In this document: positions 38,631 through 48,319 of the stretch, piece after piece
How the letters are laid out: every line of letters starts with the position of its first letter
Position numbering within the stretch: the stretch's first letter is position 1
Origin: Balneolaceae bacterium
Lineage (GTDB): Bacteria > Bacteroidota > Rhodothermia > Balneolales > Balneolaceae
Reading direction: 5' to 3'
Length of the DNA stretch: 64,000 bases
Assembly (NCBI GenBank): GCA_031581145.1
Contig: JAVLBP010000005.1
Coordinates: 17,376 to 81,375 of the forward strand
Made by a program: the position numbers and the translations under genes
The notes under the pieces: model-generated
What the model was told of the DNA's origin: nothing
Database searches by the model: none
The model's input: the letters and a program-made list of their open reading frames with translations, nothing else

Positions 38631-39759
38631 TAAACCCTCTTTACTGTTTATGTCTCACCTTCATCCACCTCAAGATAATCCGTTGGATAGTATCGGTGGG
38701 ATGCAAGAGGTTAGCCAGCAGTTACTCCACCACTTGAATGCCTCCGGCACCTTTGAGATCCATGAGTGGGTGAATCATGCTGCTTGGAAACATATTGGCT
38801 GGTCCACAGCAGGGTATCTTGCCAAGAGTCTACAGCGTGTACCGACACTCATTAAGCAACACAATATTGACCTCATTGTGTGTGGATCGATGGTTACCGC
38901 AGCCATTAGCCCAATATTGAGAGCGATGGGTGTGAAGGTGCCTATTGTGGCCATCAATCATGGTCAAGATGTCACATTACCGTTTGGTCCCTACCAATGG
39001 TGGGTTCCCAACGTTTTTCGTGCCCTCACAAAAGTCATCTCTGTGTCTGAGGCGACTAGCAAACAAAGTAGAGATCGTGGATTGGATTCTTCCAAAGCTG
39101 AAGTTCTTCCTAACGGTATCAAATTAGACTTCGCGAGAAGCATGCCACCTCAAGGTGAGGCTAAAGCCATTCTTTCGGAAAGTCACTCAATAGATCCTAA
39201 GATTCCATTATTACTCACAGTGGGTCGTTTAGTTGAGCGAAAAGGTCATACATGGTTCTTAGAGCATGTATTACCCAAGGTTCAGACGCCAGTTCAATAT
39301 GTGATGATTGGGGAGGGGCCACAACAACACGAGATTGAACATGCCATGAATGGCCTTCAACAGGTAAGCCCTCATCACATCTATGTACTGGGTCGACAAG
39401 AAGAAGAATTCGTTCATCACGCTTATGCGGCTGCGGATCTATTTATCATGCCCAACATTAGCGTAGAAGGGGATATGGAAGGGTTTGGGATTGTATTGCT
39501 TGAGGCGAATGCTGTGGGTTGCCCAGCAGTGGCAACGTATATTGAGGGAATACGAGATGTCATTGAGGATGGATTAAATGGGTTGGCCATTCAGGAGGGT
39601 GACGCACGTGGGTTTGCTCAATCGATTGATCACCTTCTAACGGAACCAACACAACGTCATGATTTGCGAACCTCGTCGAAACAACGAGCCGAAACGTTTG
39701 AATGGCAAGTTCTTGTTAGCCGGTATGAGACGTGTTTCATGAGCATGCTTGCATCGTAG
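38623..39759 (+). CDS. Glycosyltransferase family 4 (GT-B)
   Basis: 378 aa with FIMPNISVEGDMEGFGIVLLEANAVGCPAVA. The start ATG overlaps the upstream GT4 stop (ATGGCTGA, 8-nt overlap). Confidence 0.88.
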   Translation: MADKPSLLFMSHLHPPQDNPLDSIGGMQEVSQQLLHHLNASGTFEIHEWVNHAAWKHIGWSTAGYLAKSLQRVPTLIKQHNIDLIVCGSMVTAAISPILRAMGVKVPIVAINHGQDVTLPFGPYQWWVPNVFRALTKVISVSEATSKQSRDRGLDSSKAEVLPNGIKLDFARSMPPQGEAKAILSESHSIDPKIPLLLTVGRLVERKGHTWFLEHVLPKVQTPVQYVMIGEGPQQHEIEHAMNGLQQVSPHHIYVLGRQEEEFVHHAYAAADLFIMPNISVEGDMEGFGIVLLEANAVGCPAVATYIEGIRDVIEDGLNGLAIQEGDARGFAQSIDHLLTEPTQRHDLRTSSKQRAETFEWQVLVSRYETCFMSMLAS

Positions 39760-39974
39760 GTTTTTGAGCATACTCAAATCGTATCACATCCTAAGACGGT
39801 ACAATCAATAAGGATTATGAAATCAATGATGATTGTTACAACAGAGATACATTTGATAATAGATACATTTGGGAATACAACTCACGAAAAGAGCCTTTCA
39901 AGAGGCCTTAAATTGAACTAATGTTCCAATTTCGCTATATTAATTAGTTAAAATCCTAAGCACACCCACGTTAC

Positions 39975-41213
39975 ATGGCCGAAATTAAGCTCGACGTTCA
40001 AAACGGAGACGTCTTCAACAAGGCGTACGATTTTACGACGGCGGATGACATCAAGCGTCTCGGCTTGTTTCCCTATTTCAAGCCTTTGCAGGCCACTGAT
40101 GGCACAACGGTTGTCATAGAAGGCAGGGATGTCGTAATGGCAGGGTCTAATAATTATCTCGGACTCACCAACGACTCTCGTGTTGTTGAATCAGCGCAAT
40201 CTGTCATTGAAACCTATGGAACTGGGTGCACTGGATCGCGTTATCTAAATGGCACCCTCGATTTACACTTAGAGTTAGAAGAAAAGCTGGCGTCATTCCT
40301 AGGAAAAGAAGCTTGTGTGTTGTTTAGTACAGGGTATCAAACAAATGAAGGTGCGATTCAAACCATTGCCGGCCGCAACGATGTTATCTTTTCAGACAAG
40401 GATAACCACGCCTGCATCGTCGTTGGGCAACAGTTATCCCATGCCAAAACCGTTCGCTACCAGCACAATGATATGGATCACCTCCGTCGACTGCTCGATA
40501 GGGAGGATCCATCCTTAGGCAAGATTATCGTCAGTGATGGTGTGTTCTCCATGTCGGGTCGATTAGCGAGTATTCCAGAGCTTGTGGCCATTGCCAAAGA
40601 GTATGGCGCTCGATTGTATCTTGATGATGCTCATGCCGTAGGAGTTGTTGGTGATAGTGGTCGTGGTTCAGCTTCAGTATTTGATCTTACCGACCAAATT
40701 GACCTCATAAGCGGGACATTTAGCAAGTCATTTGCATCACTTGGTGGGTTTCTCGTAGGGGATGCTCCTGTCATTGATTTCATTCGCCACAATGCTCCTT
40801 CCCATATTTTTAGTGCAAGTATGCCACCCGCGAATGTCGCAACCGTGTTAAAATCCCTTGAAATTCTCCAAGAAGAACCGTGGAGATTTGAACGTCTCGA
40901 AGATATTTCCAACACGATGCGCACAGAGCTTCAATCCATGGGCTTCAATGTGATGAATAGTCAGACCCCAATTATCCCTATTGTGCTTGGTGAAATGATG
41001 GAATGCTTTGTCTTTTGGCGAGACCTATTTGAGGAAGGTGTTTATACCAATGCTGTTGTTCCTCCAGCGGTGCCAAAAGGTCAATCCTTGATCCGTACCA
41101 GTTACATGGCGACCCATACCGACGAGCATCTCAACCGCGTGCTTGAAGCCTTCCGCAAGGTGGGGATTCAAAACGGTATCATCGACCGCAATGGCCATGC
41201 AGTCCACGGATAA
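39975..41213 (+). CDS. PLP-dependent alpha-oxoamine synthase, serine-palmitoyltransferase-like (Spt/CapB-type; Kbl not excluded)
   Basis: 412 aa with GSNNYLGL, GSRYLNGT (the Spt-like version of this block; Kbl has SVRFICGT), DDAHAVG and the PLP lysine in GTFSKSFASLGGF (Spt-like; Kbl has GTLGKALGG). The C-terminal VPKGQSLIRTSYMATHT is Kbl-like. Confidence 0.85.
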   Translation: MAEIKLDVQNGDVFNKAYDFTTADDIKRLGLFPYFKPLQATDGTTVVIEGRDVVMAGSNNYLGLTNDSRVVESAQSVIETYGTGCTGSRYLNGTLDLHLELEEKLASFLGKEACVLFSTGYQTNEGAIQTIAGRNDVIFSDKDNHACIVVGQQLSHAKTVRYQHNDMDHLRRLLDREDPSLGKIIVSDGVFSMSGRLASIPELVAIAKEYGARLYLDDAHAVGVVGDSGRGSASVFDLTDQIDLISGTFSKSFASLGGFLVGDAPVIDFIRHNAPSHIFSASMPPANVATVLKSLEILQEEPWRFERLEDISNTMRTELQSMGFNVMNSQTPIIPIVLGEMMECFVFWRDLFEEGVYTNAVVPPAVPKGQSLIRTSYMATHTDEHLNRVLEAFRKVGIQNGIIDRNGHAVHG

Positions 41214-42327
41214 TGTGAGTCTCTCCTTGGTCGAGACCGAGGCACAACGTAAGGCTTTCATTGAGTTTCCATACTCCCATTATCAAGACAGCCCGTATTG
41301 GGTACCACCTCTTCGGATTGAGCAGAAAAAGCTTCTTGATACTGCCAAAAACCCCTTTTTCAACAACGCGGAAATCGTTCTGTTTAGCGGAACGGTCAAT
41401 GGACGTCTAGCGGGTCGAATTGCTGCAATTATTGACCATCGGTATAATGAGGTTCATGGAGGCAAAACAGGATTTTTCGGGTTCTTCGAAACCATAGAGC
41501 ATCAACCCCTCGTAGATCTCATGCTCAAGGCCGTCAAGGACTGGCTAAAGCAACGAGGGATGACTCATTTACTTGGCCCCGCGAGTCCCGGGATGCTCGA
41601 CGTCATTGGTATCCAGATGGATGCCTTTGATGACATTCCATCACTAATGATGCCCTACAACAAACCATATTATGCTAAGGTTTTAGAACATGCGGGTATG
41701 TCCAAGGCCATGGATTTGTACTCATTTTTGGCCACCAACCCGGGCGTCGATATTGAAAGAATGGCTCGAGCAAAAGCGATTGTCTCAAAACGGTTGCCAT
41801 CGCTAAAGTTGCGGACTGTCGACTTGCGCAACCTCAAAGAAGACGCTGAGATTATTCGCACGATTTATAATCAGGCCTGGGCAAAAAATTGGGGTTTTAT
41901 CCCGATGACAAAACAGGAATTTGACGATCTGGCTTCCTCATTAAAGATTGTGGTTGCCAAAGAAGTCGCCATAATTGCTGAACTAGAGGGAGAAGCTGTT
42001 GGGTTTTCGATTCCCCTGCTTGATATCAATCAAATTCTACACAAGATGGATGGGAACTTGTTACCCCTTGGGTGGTGGAAGTTGCTGCGCGGGCGCAAAA
42101 AACTAAGTCATCTTCGGACAGCACTAATGGGGGTTTTGCCAGAACATCAGGGCAAAGGGATTGATGCGATGCTCCATCAATATGTCGTCGAAAAAGGGTA
42201 TGAAAACGGTTATATTTCATCAGAGATTGGATGGGTATTGGAGACCAATCTCGACATGATTCGAGTCGCGGAACGGATGGGCGCAAAGCCACTAAAAACC
42301 TTCCGAATGTTCGAAACGACGCTTTAG
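41191..42327 (+). CDS. Large GNAT-superfamily acyltransferase (about 380 aa), function unknown
   Basis: The C-terminal GNAT motif A is MGVLPEHQGKGIDAMLH, and the conserved-looking N-terminal block is FPYSHYQDSPYWVPPL. The track ORF starts at 41143. ATG 41191 or 41197 overlaps the upstream stop by about 17-23 nt. Confidence 0.72.
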   Translation: MAMQSTDNVSLSLVETEAQRKAFIEFPYSHYQDSPYWVPPLRIEQKKLLDTAKNPFFNNAEIVLFSGTVNGRLAGRIAAIIDHRYNEVHGGKTGFFGFFETIEHQPLVDLMLKAVKDWLKQRGMTHLLGPASPGMLDVIGIQMDAFDDIPSLMMPYNKPYYAKVLEHAGMSKAMDLYSFLATNPGVDIERMARAKAIVSKRLPSLKLRTVDLRNLKEDAEIIRTIYNQAWAKNWGFIPMTKQEFDDLASSLKIVVAKEVAIIAELEGEAVGFSIPLLDINQILHKMDGNLLPLGWWKLLRGRKKLSHLRTALMGVLPEHQGKGIDAMLHQYVVEKGYENGYISSEIGWVLETNLDMIRVAERMGAKPLKTFRMFETTL

Positions 42328-42366
42328 ACAACGACGCTTAAGACGAAGTCAAAAACCTTTTATTCT

Positions 42367-43764
42367 ATGTCATTTAGAATCGAAAAGGACTCGATGGGGG
42401 ACATCCATGTTCCTCAAGAGGCCTATTATGGAGCCCAAACTCAACGTGCAGCAGATAATTTTCCAATTAGCGCGTTGCGGTTCTCGTCGCCATTTATTGC
42501 GGCTTTAGGATTAATTAAGGCAACAGCGGCTAGAGTCAATGCCGATTTGGGTCTACTGGATGAGGTTCGTGCCAAAGCGATTGTGGATGCTGCTTCGGAA
42601 GTGGCCGAAGGAAAGCTTGACGAACATTTTGTCCTCGACATTTTCCAAACAGGATCGGGTACCTCAACAAATATGAATGCCAATGAGGTGATTGCGCGAC
42701 GTGCCAATGAGCTCCTCGAGGCGGATGGAGCTCAAGAGCGGGTTCATCCAAATGATCATGTCAATTTGGGGCAGTCCAGCAATGATACGATTCCTACGGC
42801 GATTCGCATTTCCACGGTGCGCCAAGGCAAAGAACATTTAATCCCAGCTATTGAACACCTTCGCGCAACGTTTCTGAAAAAAGGGAAAGAGTACGCGCAC
42901 GTGGTTAAGACGGGACGCACCCATTTAATGGATGCCATGCCTGTAACCATTGAGCAAGAGTTTGGAGGGTATGCAAGGCAGCTTGAGCTGGCTCATCAAC
43001 GGATATCGGATGCATTGGATCGAAACCTCGAACTTCCCCAAGGTGGCACAGCTGTAGGGACAGGAATTAATACACACCCTGAATTTGGCGCTCGTTTTGC
43101 AAATGCAATTGCCCAAGCAACAGGGATCGAATTTGTTGAGGCCAGCAACCACTTTGAAGCCCAAGCTACGGTAGATGCCTCCGTTGAACTTAGTGGTCAA
43201 TGCAAAACACTTGCCATTAGCTTAATCAAGATGGCCAATGACCTTCGTTGGATGAATTCTGGCCCAAATGGTGGTTTGGGTGAGGTTCAGCTTCAGGCCT
43301 TACAACCGGGTTCATCGATTATGCCGGGCAAAGTGAATCCAGTGATCGAAGAATCGGTCATAATGGTGGCCCTCCAAGTCTTAGGGAATGACACAACCAT
43401 TAGCGTTGCTGGACAAACGGGGAACTTTGAATTGAACGTCGCCCTTCCTGTTGTGGCTCATAATATGCTTGAATCGATTCATATTTTGGGCACAGCCTGC
43501 CAGAATTTTGCCGATCGCTCGGTGCAAGGATTAACGGTTCGAGACGATAAAATTGCTGAAAATGTGAGCCGTAACCCTATTTTAGTCACCGCATTGAATA
43601 GCATTATTGGCTACGATCTTGCGGCTAAAATCGCTAAACAAGCTTTTACTGAGGATCGCCCCCTCATTGACGTTGCTGAGGAGCTCACCGATTTGAGCCG
43701 ATCGGAGTTAGACACCATTTTGAATCCTGCAGACTTAACACGACCTGGTATCGCGTCGTCATAG
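42367..43764 (+). CDS. fumC: Class II fumarate hydratase
   Basis: 465 aa with QTGSGTSTNMN (the fumarase version, not the aspartase one), GQSSNDTIPTA and the signature GSSIMPGKVNP. Confidence 0.95.
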   Translation: MSFRIEKDSMGDIHVPQEAYYGAQTQRAADNFPISALRFSSPFIAALGLIKATAARVNADLGLLDEVRAKAIVDAASEVAEGKLDEHFVLDIFQTGSGTSTNMNANEVIARRANELLEADGAQERVHPNDHVNLGQSSNDTIPTAIRISTVRQGKEHLIPAIEHLRATFLKKGKEYAHVVKTGRTHLMDAMPVTIEQEFGGYARQLELAHQRISDALDRNLELPQGGTAVGTGINTHPEFGARFANAIAQATGIEFVEASNHFEAQATVDASVELSGQCKTLAISLIKMANDLRWMNSGPNGGLGEVQLQALQPGSSIMPGKVNPVIEESVIMVALQVLGNDTTISVAGQTGNFELNVALPVVAHNMLESIHILGTACQNFADRSVQGLTVRDDKIAENVSRNPILVTALNSIIGYDLAAKIAKQAFTEDRPLIDVAEELTDLSRSELDTILNPADLTRPGIASS

Positions 43765-43784
43765 TATGCTGAATAATCTCATGT

Positions 43785-46292
43785 ATGCCAGCTAGAAAAT
43801 CTACATCAACGACATCAACGACATCGAAAACAGCCACAAAGGCTTCTTCGTCCAAAACTCCTGCCAAAGCGGGTGCGACATCCTCATCAGCCAAGAGCCC
43901 TACAAAAACCCCTGCCAAATCATCCTGGAGTAAAAAAGAGGTTCTTGCCGATTATCGTTTGGCTAGAGTAAGTCGAGAAGTCTCGTTACTTGGTCGAAAA
44001 GAGGTGCTCAATGGACGTGCGAAGTTTGGGATATTTGGCGACGGAAAAGAGCTTCCGCAAATCGCATTATCCAAAGTGTTTGAGAATGGAGATTTTCGAT
44101 CAGGGTATTATCGCGATCAAACGTTGCTCATGGCTATTGGACAGCTCACGCCACAGCAATTATTTGCACAACTCTATGCGCATGTGGATACCGCCCACGA
44201 GCCACACTCTTCAGGCCGTCAAATGACGGCTCATTTTGGCACACAGCTCGTAGATGAAGAAGGGGAGTGGTTGCCACAAACAAGCATGAAAAATAGCGCT
44301 TCGGATATATCCTGCACAGCAGGTCAGATGGCACGACTGCTCGGATTGGCTCAGGCTAGCTCGTTATACCGAGTGGAGAAAAAGCTGGCCAAACATACGC
44401 AGTTCTCCAAAAAAGGGAATGAGATTGCTTTTGGCACCATTGGGGATGCCTCCACATCGGAAGGGGTATTTTGGGAAGCCTTGAATGCAGCAGGCGTGCT
44501 TCAGGTCCCTGTAGTGATGTCTGTGTGGGATGATGGCTATGGCATTTCGGTCTCCAAAAAGTATCAAACGACTAAGGAAAGCATATCAGAGCTTCTTCAA
44601 GGGTTTCAGCGCACAAAAACCAAACCTGGTCTTGAGATTTTGAAAACCAAAGCGTGGGATTACGAGGATCTTGTCGCAACGTACCAAAAGGCTGCAACGC
44701 TTGCGCGAGAAGAGCACGTACCTGTGGTTGTTCATGTGGAGGAAGTGACCCAACCTCAAGGACACTCTACGTCGGGTTCTCATGAGCGATACAAGTCTGA
44801 AGATCGGCTAGCATGGGAGTCAGAATTTTGTTGTAACACACAGTTCCGACAGTGGATTTTGAAGAAAAAATTAGCCACTGCAAAGGAATTGGATGCATTG
44901 GATACTGAAGCGGCAGAAGAGGTAAAAACAGCCCAAAAAGAGGCGTGGAAAGCATTCCAAGAGCCTCTCAAAGCCGAAAAAGAAGCTGTATTAACCCATC
45001 TGGATACACTCAAAGCCCAAGTACCCGAGCAAGCTTCAATTCTGGAGGAGCTCTCTACGACGCTCAAGCGTAAAAACCCTGTCATCCGAAAGGACTCCAT
45101 GGTTACGGCACGTCGAGCCCTTATCGCCGTTAAAGGGGACAATTCAGAGGCTACTCAAGCCCTTTCATCCTGGATTGAGGCCCAATCTGAAGCGAATCAT
45201 GATCGCTATAATAGTCACTGGATTAGCGAAACGAAGTACTCACCATTGAACGTGACTCATATCCCCGCTGAATTCAGTGAGGATATACCCACGGTCGACG
45301 GGCGTGTAGTTCTGCGCGATAATTTCCAGACCTTATTTGATCGCCACCCTGAAATGGTGGTCTTCGGAGAGGATTCTGGTCAATTGGGTGATGTAAATCT
45401 TGGTCTAGAAGGGATGCAAGAGCGTTTTGGCATCCATCGTGTGTTTGATACTGGAATTCGTGAAACGACCATTCTTGGACAAGGGATTGGAATGGCCATG
45501 AGAGGGCTCCGACCGATTGCCGAAATTCAATACCTCGATTATTTACTCTATGCATTTCAAACGCTGAGTGATGATGTGGCCTCCTTACGCTACCGCACCA
45601 AAGGGCGCCAACGCAGCCCTGTTATCGTTCGCACACGTGGCCACAGACTCGAAGGAATTTGGCATTCGGGCTCTCCTATGGGAATGATACTTAATGGGAT
45701 TCGAGGCGTTCATTTGTGTGTTCCTCGCAACCTTACCGAAGCCGCTGGCTTTTACAACACTTTGATTCAAGGGGATGACCCTGCTCTAGTCATTGAGCCA
45801 CTAAATGGATACCGCTTAAAAGAAAACATGCCCTCCAATCTGGGTGACTTTACTACGCCTCTTGGGATACCTGAAGTCGTCCAAGAAGGGACGGATATTA
45901 CACTTGTGTCATACGGTTCAACGTTTAACGTTGTAATGGCAGCGCAACCACTACTTCAGCAGGCAGGGATCTCCGCCGAATGTATTGATGTGCGAACGCT
46001 CCTACCTTTTGATATTGAGCATCGCATTGGAGCCTCCCTCCAAAAAACCAACAGGATTTTGTTCATTGATGAGGATGTCCCAGGTGGTGCTACTGCGTTT
46101 ATGATGCAGCATGTTTTGGACGAACAGGGTGGATACCGATTCCTAGATTCACAAGCCGAATGTCTTACCGCCAAGCCGCATCGGCCTGCTTATTCTACAG
46201 ATGGGGATTACTTCAGTAAGCCATCCGTTGAGGATGTCTTTGATGCCGTCTATGAGATCATGCATGAATCTGATCCGGCTCGATTTCCATAA
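43785..46292 (+). CDS. Fused 2-oxoacid dehydrogenase E1 component (alpha + beta in one chain)
   Basis: 835 aa. An S/T/A/K-rich N-terminal tail of about 45 aa is followed by a TPP-binding alpha-like region and then a beta/transketolase-like region (FGEDSGQLGDVN, DTGIRETTILGQGIGMAMRGLRPIAEIQYLDY). Confidence 0.88.
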   Translation: MPARKSTSTTSTTSKTATKASSSKTPAKAGATSSSAKSPTKTPAKSSWSKKEVLADYRLARVSREVSLLGRKEVLNGRAKFGIFGDGKELPQIALSKVFENGDFRSGYYRDQTLLMAIGQLTPQQLFAQLYAHVDTAHEPHSSGRQMTAHFGTQLVDEEGEWLPQTSMKNSASDISCTAGQMARLLGLAQASSLYRVEKKLAKHTQFSKKGNEIAFGTIGDASTSEGVFWEALNAAGVLQVPVVMSVWDDGYGISVSKKYQTTKESISELLQGFQRTKTKPGLEILKTKAWDYEDLVATYQKAATLAREEHVPVVVHVEEVTQPQGHSTSGSHERYKSEDRLAWESEFCCNTQFRQWILKKKLATAKELDALDTEAAEEVKTAQKEAWKAFQEPLKAEKEAVLTHLDTLKAQVPEQASILEELSTTLKRKNPVIRKDSMVTARRALIAVKGDNSEATQALSSWIEAQSEANHDRYNSHWISETKYSPLNVTHIPAEFSEDIPTVDGRVVLRDNFQTLFDRHPEMVVFGEDSGQLGDVNLGLEGMQERFGIHRVFDTGIRETTILGQGIGMAMRGLRPIAEIQYLDYLLYAFQTLSDDVASLRYRTKGRQRSPVIVRTRGHRLEGIWHSGSPMGMILNGIRGVHLCVPRNLTEAAGFYNTLIQGDDPALVIEPLNGYRLKENMPSNLGDFTTPLGIPEVVQEGTDITLVSYGSTFNVVMAAQPLLQQAGISAECIDVRTLLPFDIEHRIGASLQKTNRILFIDEDVPGGATAFMMQHVLDEQGGYRFLDSQAECLTAKPHRPAYSTDGDYFSKPSVEDVFDAVYEIMHESDPARFP

Positions 46293-46336
46293 CTCAACAC
46301 GAGTTGGAAGATGGTCACGTAAGATTTGCAGCTTGT

Positions 46337-47299
46337 TTAGCCGAAAATCGCTTGGAGATAAAGGATAAAGCGATCGAGTCCAAGGACAAGCCATGTACCT
46401 GGCAAGTAAATAAAAGAGAAAATCATTAAAGCCCTGGCTGAGGCTTCATCACGTTTCCATGCAAAATTCAATCCACTGTAAAGATACCCAAGTGCAAGGG
46501 TGATCCCTCCGACAAGAAACACCCAACTTCCTAAATCCAACACCCACAATTTCACAATGTTAGGAAAGAGGGCAAGTAGTGAGAATACAACCCAAAAGGA
46601 GGCTTTCAAGCCTTGAGAGTCTGATTTTGGTAACATTTGAAATCCAGCATGGGCATAATCTTTCTGGTAAATCCATGCGATGGCCATCACATGCGGCACC
46701 TGCCAGAAAAACATAATCCAAAAAAGCATCCATGCCCCGTAATCAAGCACAGTTCCTGAGGCGGCAGCCCATCCCCCAATTGCAGGAAGTGCACCTGGAA
46801 TAGCGCCCAAAAACACATTCGCATAGGTAACGCGCTTCATGGGTGTGTAGGCAAATAGATAAATCACGGATGTGGCTACCGATACCCATCCAGTTGTTTG
46901 ATTCACACCCAAAAACAATACTGTATACCCAATTCCAAGCAACGTAAGACCAAAAAGGACCCCTTGTGATGCCGAGAGTCGACCTGATGGAATAGGTCTA
47001 GAGGCCGTTCGGCGCATCAAGGCATCATAATCGCGCTCCAAAACCATGTTCATCACTCCGGTACCCGAACCCACGGCCCATGTTCCAAGCAAGGCAGCCA
47101 AAAAGTGGCCCCATGAAAGGGTCCAGCCCCCAACAGCTGTTGCTGAACCAGACAGACTTCCAAGCAAGAAACCAATAGCCATACTTATAATGACAAACAG
47201 TGTAATCCCTGGTTTAGTACATTCCCATAAGTCGGCAAGCCAGGTCGAAGAGTGCGATTTGGCTACGGATTCTTGATGCACGTCTCTATGTCCATTCAC
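46337..47299 (-). CDS. cyoE: Protoheme IX farnesyltransferase (heme O synthase)
   Basis: 320 aa polytopic UbiA-family protein with NMVLERDYDALMRRTASRPIPSG and a second Asp-rich region. It is divergent from ctaA. Confidence 0.92.
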   Translation of the reverse strand: MNGHRDVHQESVAKSHSSTWLADLWECTKPGITLFVIISMAIGFLLGSLSGSATAVGGWTLSWGHFLAALLGTWAVGSGTGVMNMVLERDYDALMRRTASRPIPSGRLSASQGVLFGLTLLGIGYTVLFLGVNQTTGWVSVATSVIYLFAYTPMKRVTYANVFLGAIPGALPAIGGWAAASGTVLDYGAWMLFWIMFFWQVPHVMAIAWIYQKDYAHAGFQMLPKSDSQGLKASFWVVFSLLALFPNIVKLWVLDLGSWVFLVGGITLALGYLYSGLNFAWKRDEASARALMIFSFIYLPGTWLVLGLDRFILYLQAIFG

Positions 47300-47356
47300 G
47301 TTAGATGAGTATCTTTAAAAGGTACGAAAAAACCATTTTTTGTCTATTCAAAACCG

Positions 47357-48316
47357 ATGACGAACACCACAAATAAACGTTGGACACCCTTTCAAGTGAT
47401 GGCTGTCGTTACGGTCATTGCAACACTTGTTTTAATTGTGGTGGGTGGATTGGTAAGGGCCTCCGGAGCAGGGCTTGGATGCCCTGACTGGCCTAAATGT
47501 TTTGGTGTGTGGGTGCCTCCTACAAATGTCGCTGATTTACCCCCGGGATGGGATCCAGCTCTTTTTAACCCTACACACACTTGGCTTGAATACATCAATC
47601 GTTTGGTGGGTGTTCTTATAGGGATCTTCATCACAATCACGATGATCTTATCACTTTGGTGGGTTCGCCGTGACCCTATCGTAACGGCCACGTCTGTCCT
47701 ATCCTTTGTGTTGGTCATCTTCCAAGCGTGGCTTGGTGGACAAGTTGTACGAAGTCAATTAGAAGGGGGGATGATTACCGCACATATGTTGATTGCAATG
47801 CTCATTGTATCCCTATTGCTATTTGGAGCCTTTCGAGGTCATAGAGAACGATTAAAGTTTGCGATTCCACATCACCACCGAAAACATTTGCTAACGCTAG
47901 GCATTGTATTGTTTGGGGTCTCAATCATCCAGATGGTCCTGGGTACACAGGTTCGAGAGCTTGTCGATGCAGCCAAGAATATGGCCATTAAACCACCCCG
48001 TTCACAATGGTTGGATGTTGAGAATACGCTCTATGTGATTCATCGAAGCTTTTCGTGGTTGGTGCTACTATCAATGGGTGGATTGGCTTGGGTTCATCGA
48101 CGGTATGCAATGGAGCTGCCCAGCTGGATGGGATCGATCGTATGGTGGATTGGTGTATTGGTCATTTCCCAGATTTTTATCGGTATTGGATTGGAGCGAC
48201 TAGATATGCCAGGGGTGTTGCAATTACTCCATCTCAGTGGAATATCGTTTTTGCTGACTCTGCAGTTCATGTATATCCTCGTGTTGTGGCAAGGCACGGA
48301 CGTCGCTGGGCGCTGA
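47357..48316 (+). CDS. ctaA: COX15/CtaA-family heme A synthase
   Basis: 319 aa with about 8 TM helices, GAGLGCPDWPKC near the N-terminus and conserved His in TM helices (HMLIAM, HRSFSW). Confidence 0.88.
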   Translation: MTNTTNKRWTPFQVMAVVTVIATLVLIVVGGLVRASGAGLGCPDWPKCFGVWVPPTNVADLPPGWDPALFNPTHTWLEYINRLVGVLIGIFITITMILSLWWVRRDPIVTATSVLSFVLVIFQAWLGGQVVRSQLEGGMITAHMLIAMLIVSLLLFGAFRGHRERLKFAIPHHHRKHLLTLGIVLFGVSIIQMVLGTQVRELVDAAKNMAIKPPRSQWLDVENTLYVIHRSFSWLVLLSMGGLAWVHRRYAMELPSWMGSIVWWIGVLVISQIFIGIGLERLDMPGVLQLLHLSGISFLLTLQFMYILVLWQGTDVAGR

Positions 48317-48319
48317 GCT

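Noticed and set aside
39975-41213. Calling the alpha-oxoamine synthase simply BioF (biotin synthesis) or ALAS
   Set aside because: The diagnostic blocks (GSRYLNGT, GTFSKS) do not match the BioF or ALAS versions I remember. No bio or hem genes are adjacent. Kbl remains the only serious alternative, and it is stated in the finding.
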